From Tubiluchus corallicola (Eukaryota; Animalia; Priapulida): a stretch of 64,000 nt of DNA. A program made the translations under genes and the position numbers. Below are positions 12,925 through 30,072 of this stretch, one piece after another. The stretch is from positions 20,040 to 84,039 of the forward strand of contig JAQGDQ010000885.1 in the NCBI GenBank assembly GCA_030141605.1. Direction: 5' to 3'. The number at the start of each line of letters is the position of its first letter. Positions within the stretch are counted from its first letter, which is position 1. The notes beneath the pieces were generated by a model. That model was not told where the DNA came from. It saw only the letters and a list, made by a program, of their open reading frames with translations, and searched no databases.

Positions 12925-13325
12925 TAGAGGTGAGCATTCTCTACCAGAAAGCGAATTCGAATCAAACCGAATTTGTGACTTTCGATTTCGAATCGAACCG
13001 AACTTCAGTGTTTCGAATTCGAACCGAATTCGAATTGAGATTGAACGATTTTCGAACAAGTTTTCGATCCACCAGTAAGAATTAGTCTTACAAAGATCAT
13101 GCATATCACTAGATTTTGTTCTGCAATAAAATGACTAGTAATTTGTTTAAAATTGTGCACAGAAATCACAGCTAAATTATGCTAACTGCATTGATGTTTC
13201 AATCGTTTTAGTGATAAAGAACATATGTGATTGAAGTGCTGAATTATTTAAATCTATAGTTTTGGATTCGAATCGAGTTCGAACTAAAATCTCGTTCGAA
13301 CTCGAACGTTCGATGCTCACCCCTA
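12925..13325. mobile_element. hAT-type MITE
   Basis: TIRs TAGAGGTGAGCA / TGCTCACCCCTA, subterminal TTCGAA arrays, 8-bp TSD GTCAATGG/GTCAACGG. Confidence 0.85.
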
Positions 13326-13595
13326 GTCAACGGTCAGCCTCTTCCCCACGGTTCCCGCCACACGCGAAAATTAAATGTTTCTTGTATAATATTGTAATTA
13401 AGTCCAATGTTACCTGTTTGTTAGGCTTATACGTGTATTATGTGTACTAATTAAGTGTAGCTTGTTACTTATGCTGGGATTGATTTAAATTGAATTCATG
13501 ACGCCATTGTATGTACTGGGTCTTCAGGAGCAATTGCATTTCTGTCACTTTTGGCTGGGTTCCCCCCAACCTTTTCATTAGAAGATTTTTGAAAC

Positions 13596-13833
13596 AGTAA
13601 AGAGAACCTGTTAAATTATGCTAAGAGCAGTAGATTATGATAAATAATTATGTTGATAGATGCTGGTATGATGAAGCCAGTTAAGGAGTGGTGTCACCCG
13701 ATTACGTGATCTAAGAATTGAGGCATTCGGCATCGTGCACGATATATAAGGTGTGCGAGGCCTCCAGCTCGAGAATTCAGTCTCAGATTGAGTCTGGGAG
13801 CGGGAGCGAACTGACTGTAATATCAGGGGCCTT
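13596..13833 (+). mobile_element. 5' part of the solo-LTR-like repeat, fused to the start of cadherin unit 1
   Basis: Begins AGTAAAGAG, homologous to the reverse complement of 1190-1413 and to 34730-34825; contains TATATAA near 13743. Confidence 0.7.
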
Positions 13834-14136
13834 AAGCAAAGCAGCGTCATTCTGGTTTATACTTTCAGCGTGTAAACTTGAACGTGAATCGACGAAAGAG
13901 ATCTGCAAATTTTATTATCACTATTTTATTTTATTTTATTTTATTTTATTGTTCATATATACTTGTGTGTGTGTTTTTCTTTCTTTTTTGTTTTTGCAGA
14001 TTTCTTTTGCACTGCCTGCCGCTAAGGTGAGTGATATTTTAATTACCAGACGCTTTCATGAACTATTGATTTATTTTAAAGATTGGGAAGATTGAACACA
14101 GTTGTAGGCAGGCAGTATTATGAGTCATTTTCAAAA

Positions 14137-14261
14137 AGAGGCAGAGAGAGAGAGCGAGAGAGAGAGAGCGAGAGAGAATGAGAGAGAGAGAGCAAGAGAG
14201 GGAGAGAGAAAGAGAGAGCAATTAAGAGCGGGGGGAGTAAGAGAGGAAGAGGGGGAGAGAG

Positions 14262-14297
<36 letters not shown>

Positions 14298-14321
14298 AGC
14301 AAGAGACAGAGAGAGAGTAAG

Positions 14322-14375
<54 letters not shown>

Positions 14376-14568
14376 TGAGTAAGAGAGAGAGGGGGGGAGA
14401 GAGCAGAGAGAGAGAGAGAGAGAGAGAGAAAGGGAGAGGGCGAGAGAGAGAGAGAGAGATAGAGAGAGAGACAGAGAAAGCAAGAGAGTGAGAGGGAGTA
14501 AGAGAGAGAGAGAGGGGGAGAGAGCAAGAGAGAGAGACAGAGAGATACAGAGAGACAAAGAGAGAGAG

Positions 14569-14620
<52 letters not shown>

Positions 14621-14640
14621 TGCAAGAGAGAGAGAGAGAC
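14137..14640 (+). repeat. Compound (GA)n microsatellite
   Basis: Interrupted GA tract; paralogous tracts at 24013-24760 plus 29594-30072 and at 41381-42250. Confidence 0.95.
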
Positions 14641-15358
14641 AATGGATTGTACTTGCAAATTATATCTGTGAGCTTATTATAATCTGGGAAGCAGTAAGCA
14701 AAATTGTGTAGAATGTCCGTGCATTATTGATCAAGGGTGGATGGGTGTAACAGCATTTGCTATAGCACACAGTATCGACTTTGTACAAAATTGTCTTGCA
14801 TGGTTTTACTATGATGCAGTCTGTAGGCGTTGGTGCTGTAGGTTGTCATTATTGATGTCGACATCATCATCATAGTCATCAACATCATCATCACCATGTG
14901 ATGTGGTGGGTGTCCTGTGGTGGTGTGCAGTGGGTATTGTGCTGTGGATGATGTGGTGGGGTGGTAAGGTATGTGAGGTATAGGCGGAGCGGTGTGTGTA
15001 GAGTGGTGTGGTGTTGATGGTGTGGTGTGCATTGTAGTGTAGTGTGGGTGGCGTGTTGTGAGTGGTGCAGTGGGTTATTAACAATCAAAAATGTCAGGCC
15101 ACGCATCCATTTGTAGGGTTGTCGTTGTTACTTTTTTCAGAATGCTTTCAGACTAAAAGAAAAATGTAATTTTAAATTACAGAATTTCAACAGTGCCGTC
15201 ACAATGATAGTCGTGGAAACAATAAAGCAAAAATGACAAATTCGAATGGAATAGAATTTCGAATGGAACTGTGTAACAAAGTGAGTTTTGGAGAAGAAAT
15301 GTGTCAATGAATATGCTGCAGTTAGCAATGAGCGAGCAACATTTCTTGATAGAGTGAC

Positions 15359-17674
15359 ATGGAATGCAAACTATTTGAACTGCTGTTCTTACTTTTTACA
15401 ATTGCGAGATTCAGCTTAGGTGAATACATAAAAGGGCGCATCACAGGCGGCAGGGCACCTCGAAAAGCATGCCTCCGTGCAAATTATGACCAGGTCTACA
15501 AAATGACAGTTGCGGAAAAGTTATTTAAGAGAGGAAACAGAATGTATTTGGGTATTAGGGACTATTGGGATACAAATAAAATAAAATATGGAGTACCTTA
15601 CCTTACTGAAGCAACAATAAACGGTATGCGTACTGACCATCGGTTGTTTTGGGCAGGAACTGACAGGTCATGGAAAACAGTAACACCGGGTCCTTATATA
15701 GAGTACACGGCAAATACAAAAATTGAGAGTTATCTGTTACAATATAAACGTAATCAACTTCAACAGGAAAAACCAAAGCTTTTATTGAGGTTTAAATGCT
15801 TAGGATGCTGGGAATATCGGACCGTTTGGTCATCGTACTGTGATGCCAGCAAACCTGACCTTTGGATTGAAATTACACTAACCCTTGTAATAGTGCCCGA
15901 GGATCAATATCCTCCTACATTTGACTTCAACTCCGGCAGGATACTATCTCTTGCCGAAGACACTCCAATTGGCTCGCAATTGTGGAAATTTCAAGCCGAA
16001 GACTTGGACGGATTTTCATACGTAAGGAATTTTATCATATGCATGGGCGAATTTGTGAAATCACCTGGCAAGTTTAACTGCACGGGAGAGGAATATTTTC
16101 AAGGTAAAACTACAGAAGAGGATGTTAGCTCTTATCAACCAACAAAGAAACTTGACTTTTCTGTTTATCTGAAGAAGAAAGTACACTACGAATTCACGAA
16201 AAATCTCAAGTTAAATCTCTGGTTGATACCCAAGATCAAGTTCAGAAAACCACAAACTGATCCGAATGCTTGGCCATCTTTTAGAGGGCCTAGAAAACTT
16301 AGCCTTGATGTTAGTATAGATAATGCAAATAACGAGAATCCCAAATTTTCTCACTATCTGTATCAGGTCAGATTGGATGAAATGAATTTTGTCGGACCAC
16401 TGAAAGTTGAACCAGCAAAGATTGAAGCAAAAGACAAAGATGGACTAGGAAATGTTGTGATTTTCTCTTTTCCGTATCCAAGCCAAATAGAAAACAAATT
16501 TAAAATAGATGAAGCAAATGGTGAAATTACGGCTGTTAAACATCTTCCTGCATCAGTTGTTTACCACACTCTTGTTCAAGCAACAGAACGTGATGATGCT
16601 ACACATTATGACAGAGCACTCTTATCTGTTGAAGTCAGACAAAATGCCGTAAATTTCAAAATAAAAAGTTTTTCAGTCGATGTGTTTGAACACGAACCTG
16701 ATGACACAATGATATTATTAGTGCCTGCTCTTATTGGTAATTCAGAAATGCAAGTCTCCTATACATTAAAGACAAAGCAGGGTGTGGCGGTAAATGACTT
16801 TAGTTTAATCGTAAATAAACTGCAAAATGCAAGTACATCAATCTTAGGTCTGGTTATAGCTTCAAAGCTAAATGAAGGCATTAAAGATCGCTATGAACTT
16901 GCTGTAAAGGTTCACAATACTGAAACACATAGGCAAGTAGGAACTGTTGATGTTACTGTTGATGTGAGAGAAGCAGCACTGAAAAGTCCCATGTTTGTTC
17001 AAAATTCCTACGTGTTCAACAGTACAGGAGTTGCTGGATCATATATTGGTCAAGTAAAAGCAACGTTTGAAACTCACAATAATGCGCAGATTTTATACAC
17101 AATTTTAAGCTACAAAAATATCGCTCGAATTAACCCTGAAGGAAAGATTACACTGAATGTAGACGCAACAGGAAAGATGGCGGTTGGCTTAAGTGCTTGC
17201 ATGGCTGGATCAAATAGCAAAAATCCATGTGGATATGCTGTAGCAATAATTACATCACCGACTGCAGGTAACTCAACATGGACTGACCCAGAACTGCTAG
17301 TGTCAAGCACACCAAGTGTTTCTTCTGGACTTGTACTAATGATTCTAGTTATTGTGGTATTGTTTGGTGTAATAGTTGTTCTATTGGTTTTTCTGATCAG
17401 ACAAAGAAGGTCGGACATTAGCACTAGTTCTGGTGACGAGACAAAAAAGGAAGGTGCAGCAAAAGTCGCTTCTGCCAAGGGTGACAAAGCGGAGAAGGAT
17501 GCTGAAATAGTTGTTGATTCATTTAATGAAGAAGAAATGGAAGAGCTTGCTGATACTGGTTTTACTTCAAATGAAAAGGTTTTAAAAAGATATGAAAAAG
17601 AAGATGGTGTGGAAACAGAAGATGTGTCACAAAAAAGAAGTGGCGCAGAAAAGCATACCGATATTGAAACTTGA
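15359..17674 (+). CDS. Cadherin-like type-I membrane protein, copy 1 (771 aa, C-terminally truncated)
   Basis: Intronless ORF: signal peptide; N-terminal domain of about 160 aa; cadherin-type motifs EDQYPPTF, LSLAED, AEDLD, DNANNENPKF, AKDKD, ATERD; TM segment LVLMILVIVVLFGVIVVLLVFLI followed by RQRR; acidic tail. Confidence 0.88.
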   Translation: MECKLFELLFLLFTIARFSLGEYIKGRITGGRAPRKACLRANYDQVYKMTVAEKLFKRGNRMYLGIRDYWDTNKIKYGVPYLTEATINGMRTDHRLFWAGTDRSWKTVTPGPYIEYTANTKIESYLLQYKRNQLQQEKPKLLLRFKCLGCWEYRTVWSSYCDASKPDLWIEITLTLVIVPEDQYPPTFDFNSGRILSLAEDTPIGSQLWKFQAEDLDGFSYVRNFIICMGEFVKSPGKFNCTGEEYFQGKTTEEDVSSYQPTKKLDFSVYLKKKVHYEFTKNLKLNLWLIPKIKFRKPQTDPNAWPSFRGPRKLSLDVSIDNANNENPKFSHYLYQVRLDEMNFVGPLKVEPAKIEAKDKDGLGNVVIFSFPYPSQIENKFKIDEANGEITAVKHLPASVVYHTLVQATERDDATHYDRALLSVEVRQNAVNFKIKSFSVDVFEHEPDDTMILLVPALIGNSEMQVSYTLKTKQGVAVNDFSLIVNKLQNASTSILGLVIASKLNEGIKDRYELAVKVHNTETHRQVGTVDVTVDVREAALKSPMFVQNSYVFNSTGVAGSYIGQVKATFETHNNAQILYTILSYKNIARINPEGKITLNVDATGKMAVGLSACMAGSNSKNPCGYAVAIITSPTAGNSTWTDPELLVSSTPSVSSGLVLMILVIVVLFGVIVVLLVFLIRQRRSDISTSSGDETKKEGAAKVASAKGDKAEKDAEIVVDSFNEEEMEELADTGFTSNEKVLKRYEKEDGVETEDVSQKRSGAEKHTDIET

Positions 17675-19063
17675 AACATGCTTTTATTCCTTTTCATGTA
17701 TTGTTTTTATTTTTAAAAATAAATTTGCATTGTTTTGCCTATGTTCTTTTTTGCTGCACTAGATGTTGTGTAAGTTACATTCAGTGAAATTTAGCAGACC
17801 TCTCACTTTTGACTAAAGTGTGAGAAATAGACATTCATCACATCGTACCCAAATGTTTTAGCAACGAAAGAAAAGTTTTCTGCCTACTGATGTTATCTAA
17901 TAGGAAACTGCATGAAATGAATTAACGTTACACACTATTGCGGGCGCCAGGAGGTGTGCAGGTTTGTGAAGACTGCCGGGAAGTCAACCTACAGGCGCTG
18001 CATACCTACAAAGGACTACACAAAAGAGCAAAAAGACAAGAGATTATAGGTAATTGTAAAAACTATACTGTACATTAGCTACTATCAAAAGAGTCACAAG
18101 AATGTTAGAAAATTCAGCCCCGGTGACAAGGGACACCGACAAAGATGACCTAAATTTCATGAACACTACGTTTAACTTGCTTTGCGCATGCGCATAGCTA
18201 GACAACACATGAAAAATTTAAAGAAGCCCGTAACACAGCCCTCTTCTTAGTCGCTACTTGTCAAGAAATGGTATTCTATCTTCCAAAGGAGGTAGCAAAA
18301 CGATGATGTAGTCCCTGAATTCAACTTTTTTTGTTGGTTCGAGAAATACAAAAACTGCCTTTTCTTTACTAGAAAACAGCATTTACTAGAAAAGCCGCAG
18401 AAAGTACAGCAGCTTTATATGAAACATTGTTGTACCATGTAGGTTAGAGTGTTCCAGTACGCGCCGCCGTCGACAGCGACAGTGACGAGGTTAAGCTAGC
18501 TAGCCAACGTGTGCAGAGAAACTCACGATAAGTACTGTTTATGGTGTTTTGTGATACGTTCAAAATCCCGGGTAAAGTTTAAGACAGTAGCTAAACTATA
18601 ATTTGTGGTATATATTTGTTTATTAATTCTCAAATGTGTTTTTCTTATGTTAAATAATATTGAGTTTGTAGCTAATTGGTCGTTTGTCTACAAGCCTACA
18701 GAAAAACAATAAGCAACACATAAACAAAAGGTGTTTATAATGAAAATTTAATCTTGATAAAAAAGTTCAATCTATAAGAGAAAAATTTATCTTTTTTTTT
18801 ATTGTTGAAATTTAATGTTTAAACCTTGGAAGCTTTGGTTACACGTCACTGAAATTTCAAAAATAAACTATAGATTTGGTAATTGGAGTCAAATCTCGTT
18901 ATAACTCCCCCTTTATATTGACAACCTCAATTAACACAAAATTTTTAGCAAAACAAAATATGTAAAAGAACCTATATATCAGTCTGGTAATAATGTCTAG
19001 AGTCCCATACTGACATTAGTTCATTTTATTGACTTACTATCAGAAATTAGTATCACGAATGCA

Positions 19064-19065
<2 letters not shown>

Positions 19066-19094
<29 letters not shown>
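19066..19094. repeat. (AT)n microsatellite
   Basis: Direct read. Confidence 0.9.
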
Positions 19095-19099
<5 letters not shown>

Positions 19100-20520
19100 T
19101 AGATCGTGCTTATCACAGTGCCGTCTTCTATTTGTGGGCCACGTAATGTGACAAAAGGGCACCACTGCCAATCTTAGTAGATTCACTGAGCCGCGCGTAG
19201 CTTTAAAAGTTTAGCAAAATTTGAGGATCCAAGGTAATTATTGTTTATTCTAAGCTTTTTCAAAAAACGTCTGTAGTTTTCAATATTTTAGAGAATTCTT
19301 TATTCTGAACTAATGTTTACACAATTATCTGGTTTTCCTTTAAGATTGCGTTTAACCATAATAATTATTTAGCGAAAATTTTCTGAGACTTGCTTTAACT
19401 AGGCCTTTTCTTGTCCTTTAAGCAAATGTTGGAATTGCCTAAAAAGCGAGCTTATTTCACTTCAAAAAGATTAATACAAAGCCAAATTTAATATTGGCCG
19501 TCCTACTAGCTCAGAATAAGATTCTTTATCAGATGTATAATAAATATTATTCAACGTGTATTGACGTTTTCAATTGTTATTATTAAATAAACAATGACAA
19601 CTGACGCTGCCAGCACGGTTAACGACTCAGTGCGTGACCTGCCTCTAGTGTCCTACTTGGGCTAGCCCGTGTACTACACGTCCTACTTCGCCTAGCCCGT
19701 GTACGCTAACTGTCTTATTTCGGCTATTGGCCTATGTTCGTTATGATTCAATTTTAATCGCTTCTATTAAAATTCCATTCTCATCATTTAATCTTATGAG
19801 TAAGTATGTACAAGCTAATAGACAAAGCGGTAAAAGCGGCGATAAGCAAATTTTTACATTCATATGTTATTACAACATTGACATGAGACATTGTATAATT
19901 ATAAGTTATACCTACATCATACTATCATTAGTATTTTATCTCTACCATAATTACCACATACTAAAACTTCACGTTACCAATTTTACCAGTATCAAACTTT
20001 CCTGCATTTGTGATGGCACTTGTGGGCCTACTGTTGCGGCAAAAACATATGTGTTTAGTAATTCCAGTGACGATTCGAGGTCCTCCTAGTTGTATAGTTA
20101 GCACTGCTCCAACGTACATATGCCATCCTCTAGCAAAACCTAATCTGGCTTCTCTTACATCAGACATACTTAGGGTTGCAGAAATTGCTTCAAGTGGTAC
20201 GGTGCCGTCAATTATGCCCAGTGGCATCCCTTCCAGCTATAAATTGCACAAACATTTATTACATTTATTATCATAAGGCTTCTTATCCTCAAAGATATCC
20301 TAGTTATAAGTACACATGCAATGATTATCTCTTCATGCTGCTGAATCTGTTATTAACACATCTACGGAGAGACTATATGCCAACCAAGGACAGGACGACA
20401 AGTTTACTAAAAATCTAACAGACCACGGATCAAGAGTTTTTGTGATAAATAAACCAATGAATGAATAAATCAACCTGAACAAAATTTAGAAGAAGCTTGC
20501 AATTCCCCAAACAATTTAAA

Positions 20521-21312
20521 CACCCAAACCCTAACACTAACCTTAACCCCAACTCTAATCCTAACCCTAACCCTAACACTAACCTTAACCCCAACTCTAA
20601 TACTAATCCTAACCCTAACCCTAAACATAACACTAACCTTAATCCCAACTCTAATCCTAAACCTAACCCTAAGCCTAACACTAACCTTAACGCCAACTCT
20701 AATGCTAACCCTAACCCTAATCCTAACACTAACCTTAACCCTAACTCTGATCCTAACCCTAAACCTAACCCTAACACTAACCTTAACCCAAACTCTAATT
20801 CTAATCCTAATCCTAACCCTAAGCATAACACTAACCTTAACCCCAACTCTATTCCTTACCCTAACCCTGAGCCTAACACTAACCTTAACCCCAACTCTAA
20901 TCCTAATCCTAACCCTAACCCTAAGCATAACACTAACCTTAACCCCAACTCTACTCCTAACCCTAACCCTAATCCTAAAACTAACCTTAACCCAAACTCT
21001 AATTCTAATCCTAATCCTAACCCTAAGCATAATACTAACCTTAACCCCAACTCTAATCCTAATCCTAACCCTAATACTAACACAGACCTTAACCCCAACT
21101 CTAATCCTAACCCATACCCTAATCCTAACACTAACCTTAACCCCAACTCTAATCCTAATCCTAACCCTAATACTAACACTGACCTTAACCCCAACTCTAA
21201 TCCTAACCCTTACCCTAATCCTAACACTAACCTTAACCCCAACTCTAATCCTAATCCTAATCCTAACCCTAAGCATAACACTAACCTTAACCCCAGCTCT
21301 AATCCTAACCCC
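20521..21312 (+). repeat. Degenerate telomere-like (CCCTAA-derived) minisatellite with a 36-48 bp higher-order period
   Basis: Hexamers CCCTAA/TCCTAA/CACTAA/CCTTAA/CCCCAA/CTCTAA recur in a fixed order. Confidence 0.9.
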
Positions 21313-21819
21313 CCCTTATCTGCTGCACAAACTAATTTCTTGTGTGTGGGGAATTGTAAACTTTAGCCAAAACTTTTACTAACGTAGCAAAAAAACCCAA
21401 CAAATTTACTAATCGAAAAATTGATAGATAAATGAATCAAATGGTTCAAAGGTCAACCATGCAATAGCCAGTAGCAGCTGCCTTTAGCTCATAAAATATT
21501 TACATAGAAACCCCAGAAACAAATAAACTGACTATATGAATTTAAGTTATAGAATGCCACTATATCATATATTACCCATTCACTTCAGACTCGCTCCCTG
21601 TTTTTCGAGACGGTTTCAATTATGTGTTAAATTATGTATTACACATACCCCTATATGATAGTAAATTACATCACAACCCTCTTCGTCTGCAAATGTTTCA
21701 CTGTCCGTATTTATTTCTCCTTCAATGAAACGCTCAGCAAAATATTGACACTTTTTCTTGTCACTATTGTAGTTTGCTGAGAGGAATTTGTTCAGTAGAG
21801 AATACGCACATTCTAGCTT

Positions 21820-21971
21820 GCTGAAAATAATGATTGATTTTATACACTTCAGATGGCGTGACAATCGTTGATTGGTGAAAATAATGATTGATTTTATCCA
21901 CTTCAGATGGCATGACAATCGTTGATTGCTGAAAATAATGATTGATTTTATCCACTTGATACGGCATGACA
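21820..21971 (+). repeat. 54-bp tandem repeat, about 3 units
   Basis: GAAAATAATGATTGATTTTATCCACTTCAGATGGCATGACAATCGTTGATT repeated. Confidence 0.85.
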
Positions 21972-22344
21972 AACTAAGATTTTATAACTAACTTTTACTA
22001 TTCGAGGCGGTTTTCTGGTGATTTAGAAGAAGTGGTGTTATTCGTCGATTCGAATTTTTAGGATTATCCATTGAAATTTTATTGTCTCTTTCATTTTGAA
22101 ATGACATGGCAAGGAGTTTTTTCCAAAAAGTAGCAATTAGATGAAGGAACACTTAGTACATAGAGATCTAAGAGTGAGCAAGATTACCCAAATTAATTAC
22201 GCAAAAACTAAGATTATAAAAAACAATGAGGCCAACAGTTGCGCATCTGCTAATGTCGAACAATGAGCTTCAGGCTTTACTAAAAACTACAAACTAGTTT
22301 AGTCGCTATTTTTTCTTCTTTTTCATGGTGACTACACTACTTCG

Positions 22345-23480
22345 CTAAAACATCAACTATGTTATTTTCAGTAAAGCCTCATCTATGTTAGTTTCAGTAA
22401 AACCTCATCTGTGTTATTTTCAGTAAAACCTCATCTATGTTATTTTCAGTAAAGCATCATCTATGTTTTTTCAGTAAAACATCATTTATGTTATTTTCAC
22501 TAAAAGCTCACCTACATTATTTTTAGTAAAACATCATTTATATTATTTTCAGTAAAACATCATCTATGTTATTTTCAGTAAAGCATCATCAATGTTATTT
22601 TCACTAAAACCTCATCTATGTTATTTTTCACTAAAACCTCATCTATGTTATTTTTAATAAAACATCATTTATATTATTTTCAGTAAAACATCATTTATAT
22701 TATTTTCAGTAAAACATCATCTATGTCATTTTCAGTAAAACATCATTTATATTATTTTCAGTAAAACCTCATCTATGTTAGTTTCAGTAAAACCTCATCT
22801 ATGTTATTTTCAGTAAAACATCTTCTATGTCGTTTTCAGTAAAGCATCATCTATGTTATTTACAGTAAAACCTCATCTATGTTATTTTCACTAAAACATC
22901 AACTATGTTATTTTCAGTAAAGCATCATCTATGTTATTTTCAATAAAACCTCATCTGTGTTATTTTCATTAAAACCTCATCTATGTTATTTTCAGTAAAG
23001 CATCATCTATGTTATTTTCAGTAAAGCATCATTTATGTTTTTTTTCATTACAACATCATCTATGTTATTTTCACTAAAAGCTCATCTACATTATTTTCAA
23101 TAAAACATCATTTATGTTATTTTCAGTAAAACATCATCTATGTCATTTTCAGTAAAACATCATTTATATTATTTTCAGTAAAACATCATCTATGTTAGTT
23201 TCAGTAAACCTCATCTATGTTATTTTCAGCAAAACATGATCTATGTCGTTTTCACTAAAACGCATCTATGTTATTTTCAGTAAAACCTCATCTACGTTAT
23301 TTTCAGTAAAACATCATCTATGTCGTTTTCACTAAAACCTCATCTATGTTATTTTCAGTAAAACATCATCTATGTTATTTTCACTAAAACCTCATCTGTG
23401 TTATTTTCACTAAAACCTCATCTATGTTATTTTCAGTAAAACCTCATCTACGTTATTTTCAGTAAAACATCATCTATGTT
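22345..23480 (+). repeat. 26-bp AT-rich minisatellite upstream of cadherin copy 2
   Basis: Unit CATCTATGTTATTTTCAGTAAAA(C/G)(C/A)T, about 43 copies. Confidence 0.95.
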
Positions 23481-24006
23481 TAGTGAATACTTGCATAATT
23501 TATAAATTTTTTAGCATGCACTGGATATACATTTTCGCAAAAAAATGTGATAGATTAACTGTGTGAATGGTGGTAAGTTTTCAAATTTTTCATAGCGTAA
23601 TATATGAAAGGTTGGGAAGCTATTAAAAGTAGAAACTCAGTACAATGACAGTCGCCTATTGTCTTCAAGACTTGCGTTTGCGTTTCCAAGACTACGCGAT
23701 GTTTGGAAGGCTTTGTGCAAAGCAGCGTCATTCTGGTTTATACTTTCAGCGTGTAAACTTGAACGTGAATCGACGAAAGAGATCTGCAAATTTTATTATC
23801 ACTATTTTATTTTATTTTATTTTATTGTTCATATATACTTGTGTGTGTGTTTTTCTTTCTTTTTTGTTTTTGCAGATTTCTTTTGCACTGCCTGCCGCTA
23901 AGGTGAGTGATATTTTAATTACCAGACGCTTTCATGAACTATTGATTTATTTTAAAGATTGGGAAGATTGAACTCAGTTGTAGGTAGGCAGTATTATGAG
24001 TCATTT

Positions 24007-29593
<5,587 letters not shown>

Positions 29594-29594
<1 letters not shown>

Positions 29595-29621
29595 AGAGAG
29601 AGAGAGAGAGAGAGAGCAAGA

Positions 29622-29652
<31 letters not shown>

Positions 29653-29774
29653 CAAGAGAGAGAGAGAGAGAGGGAGAGAGAAAGAGAGCAATTAAGAGAG
29701 GGGGAGTAAGAGAGGAAGAGGGGGAGAGAGCAAGAGAGAGAGAGAGAGTAAGCAAGAGACAGAGAGAGAGTAAG

Positions 29775-29824
<50 letters not shown>

Positions 29825-29981
29825 TGAGACAGAGAGAAAAAGCAAGAGAGAGAGAGAGAAAGCGAGAGAGAGAGAAAGCAAGAGAGAGAAAGTGAGAGGG
29901 CAAGAGAGAGAGAGAGAGAAAGAGAAAGCAAGAGAGTGAGAGGGAGTAAGAGAGAGAGGGGGAGAGAGCAAGAAAGAGAGA

Positions 29982-30012
<31 letters not shown>

Positions 30013-30072
30013 CAAAAGAGAGAGAGAGAGAGAAAGAGAGAGTGCAAGAGAAAGAGAGAGAGAGAGAGAGAC
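29594..30072 (+). repeat. Remainder of the host compound (GA)n tract after the LINE 5' end
   Basis: Same interruption pattern (GAGCAATTAAGAG, GTAAGCAAGAGAC) as the unit 1 tract. Confidence 0.9.

Larger units (their letters stand above)
13835..18690 (+). repeat. Segmental duplication unit 1 (cadherin-like gene cassette)
   Basis: Near-identical to 23716-34532 (minus the LINE) and to 41086-47460: same micro-exon region, GA tract, GT-rich block, ORF and 3' flank. Confidence 0.9.

Noticed and set aside
14118-14682. Poly-SL / poly-RE ORFs (also 23939-24808, 29543-30090, 41307-42880)
   Set aside because: Translations of GA microsatellites, which lack stop codons by composition.
14760-15106. His/Thr/Pro-rich minus-strand ORFs repeated in each unit
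   Set aside because: Low-complexity GT/CAT repeat; the frames differ among copies.
17110-17697. Antisense ORFs over the cadherin tails (also 32681-32935, 45720-45974)
   Set aside because: Shadows of the sense ORF; their lengths are not conserved between copies.
20430-21382. NPNPN-, LGLGL- and RVRV-rich ORFs resembling surface-antigen repeats
   Set aside because: Several frames are open only because of the hexamer repeat; no signal peptide or splice support.
22345-23480. CRISPR-like appearance of the 26-bp array (also the 16-, 24- and 66-bp arrays)
   Set aside because: Head-to-tail units without unique spacers, no cas genes, eukaryotic context.
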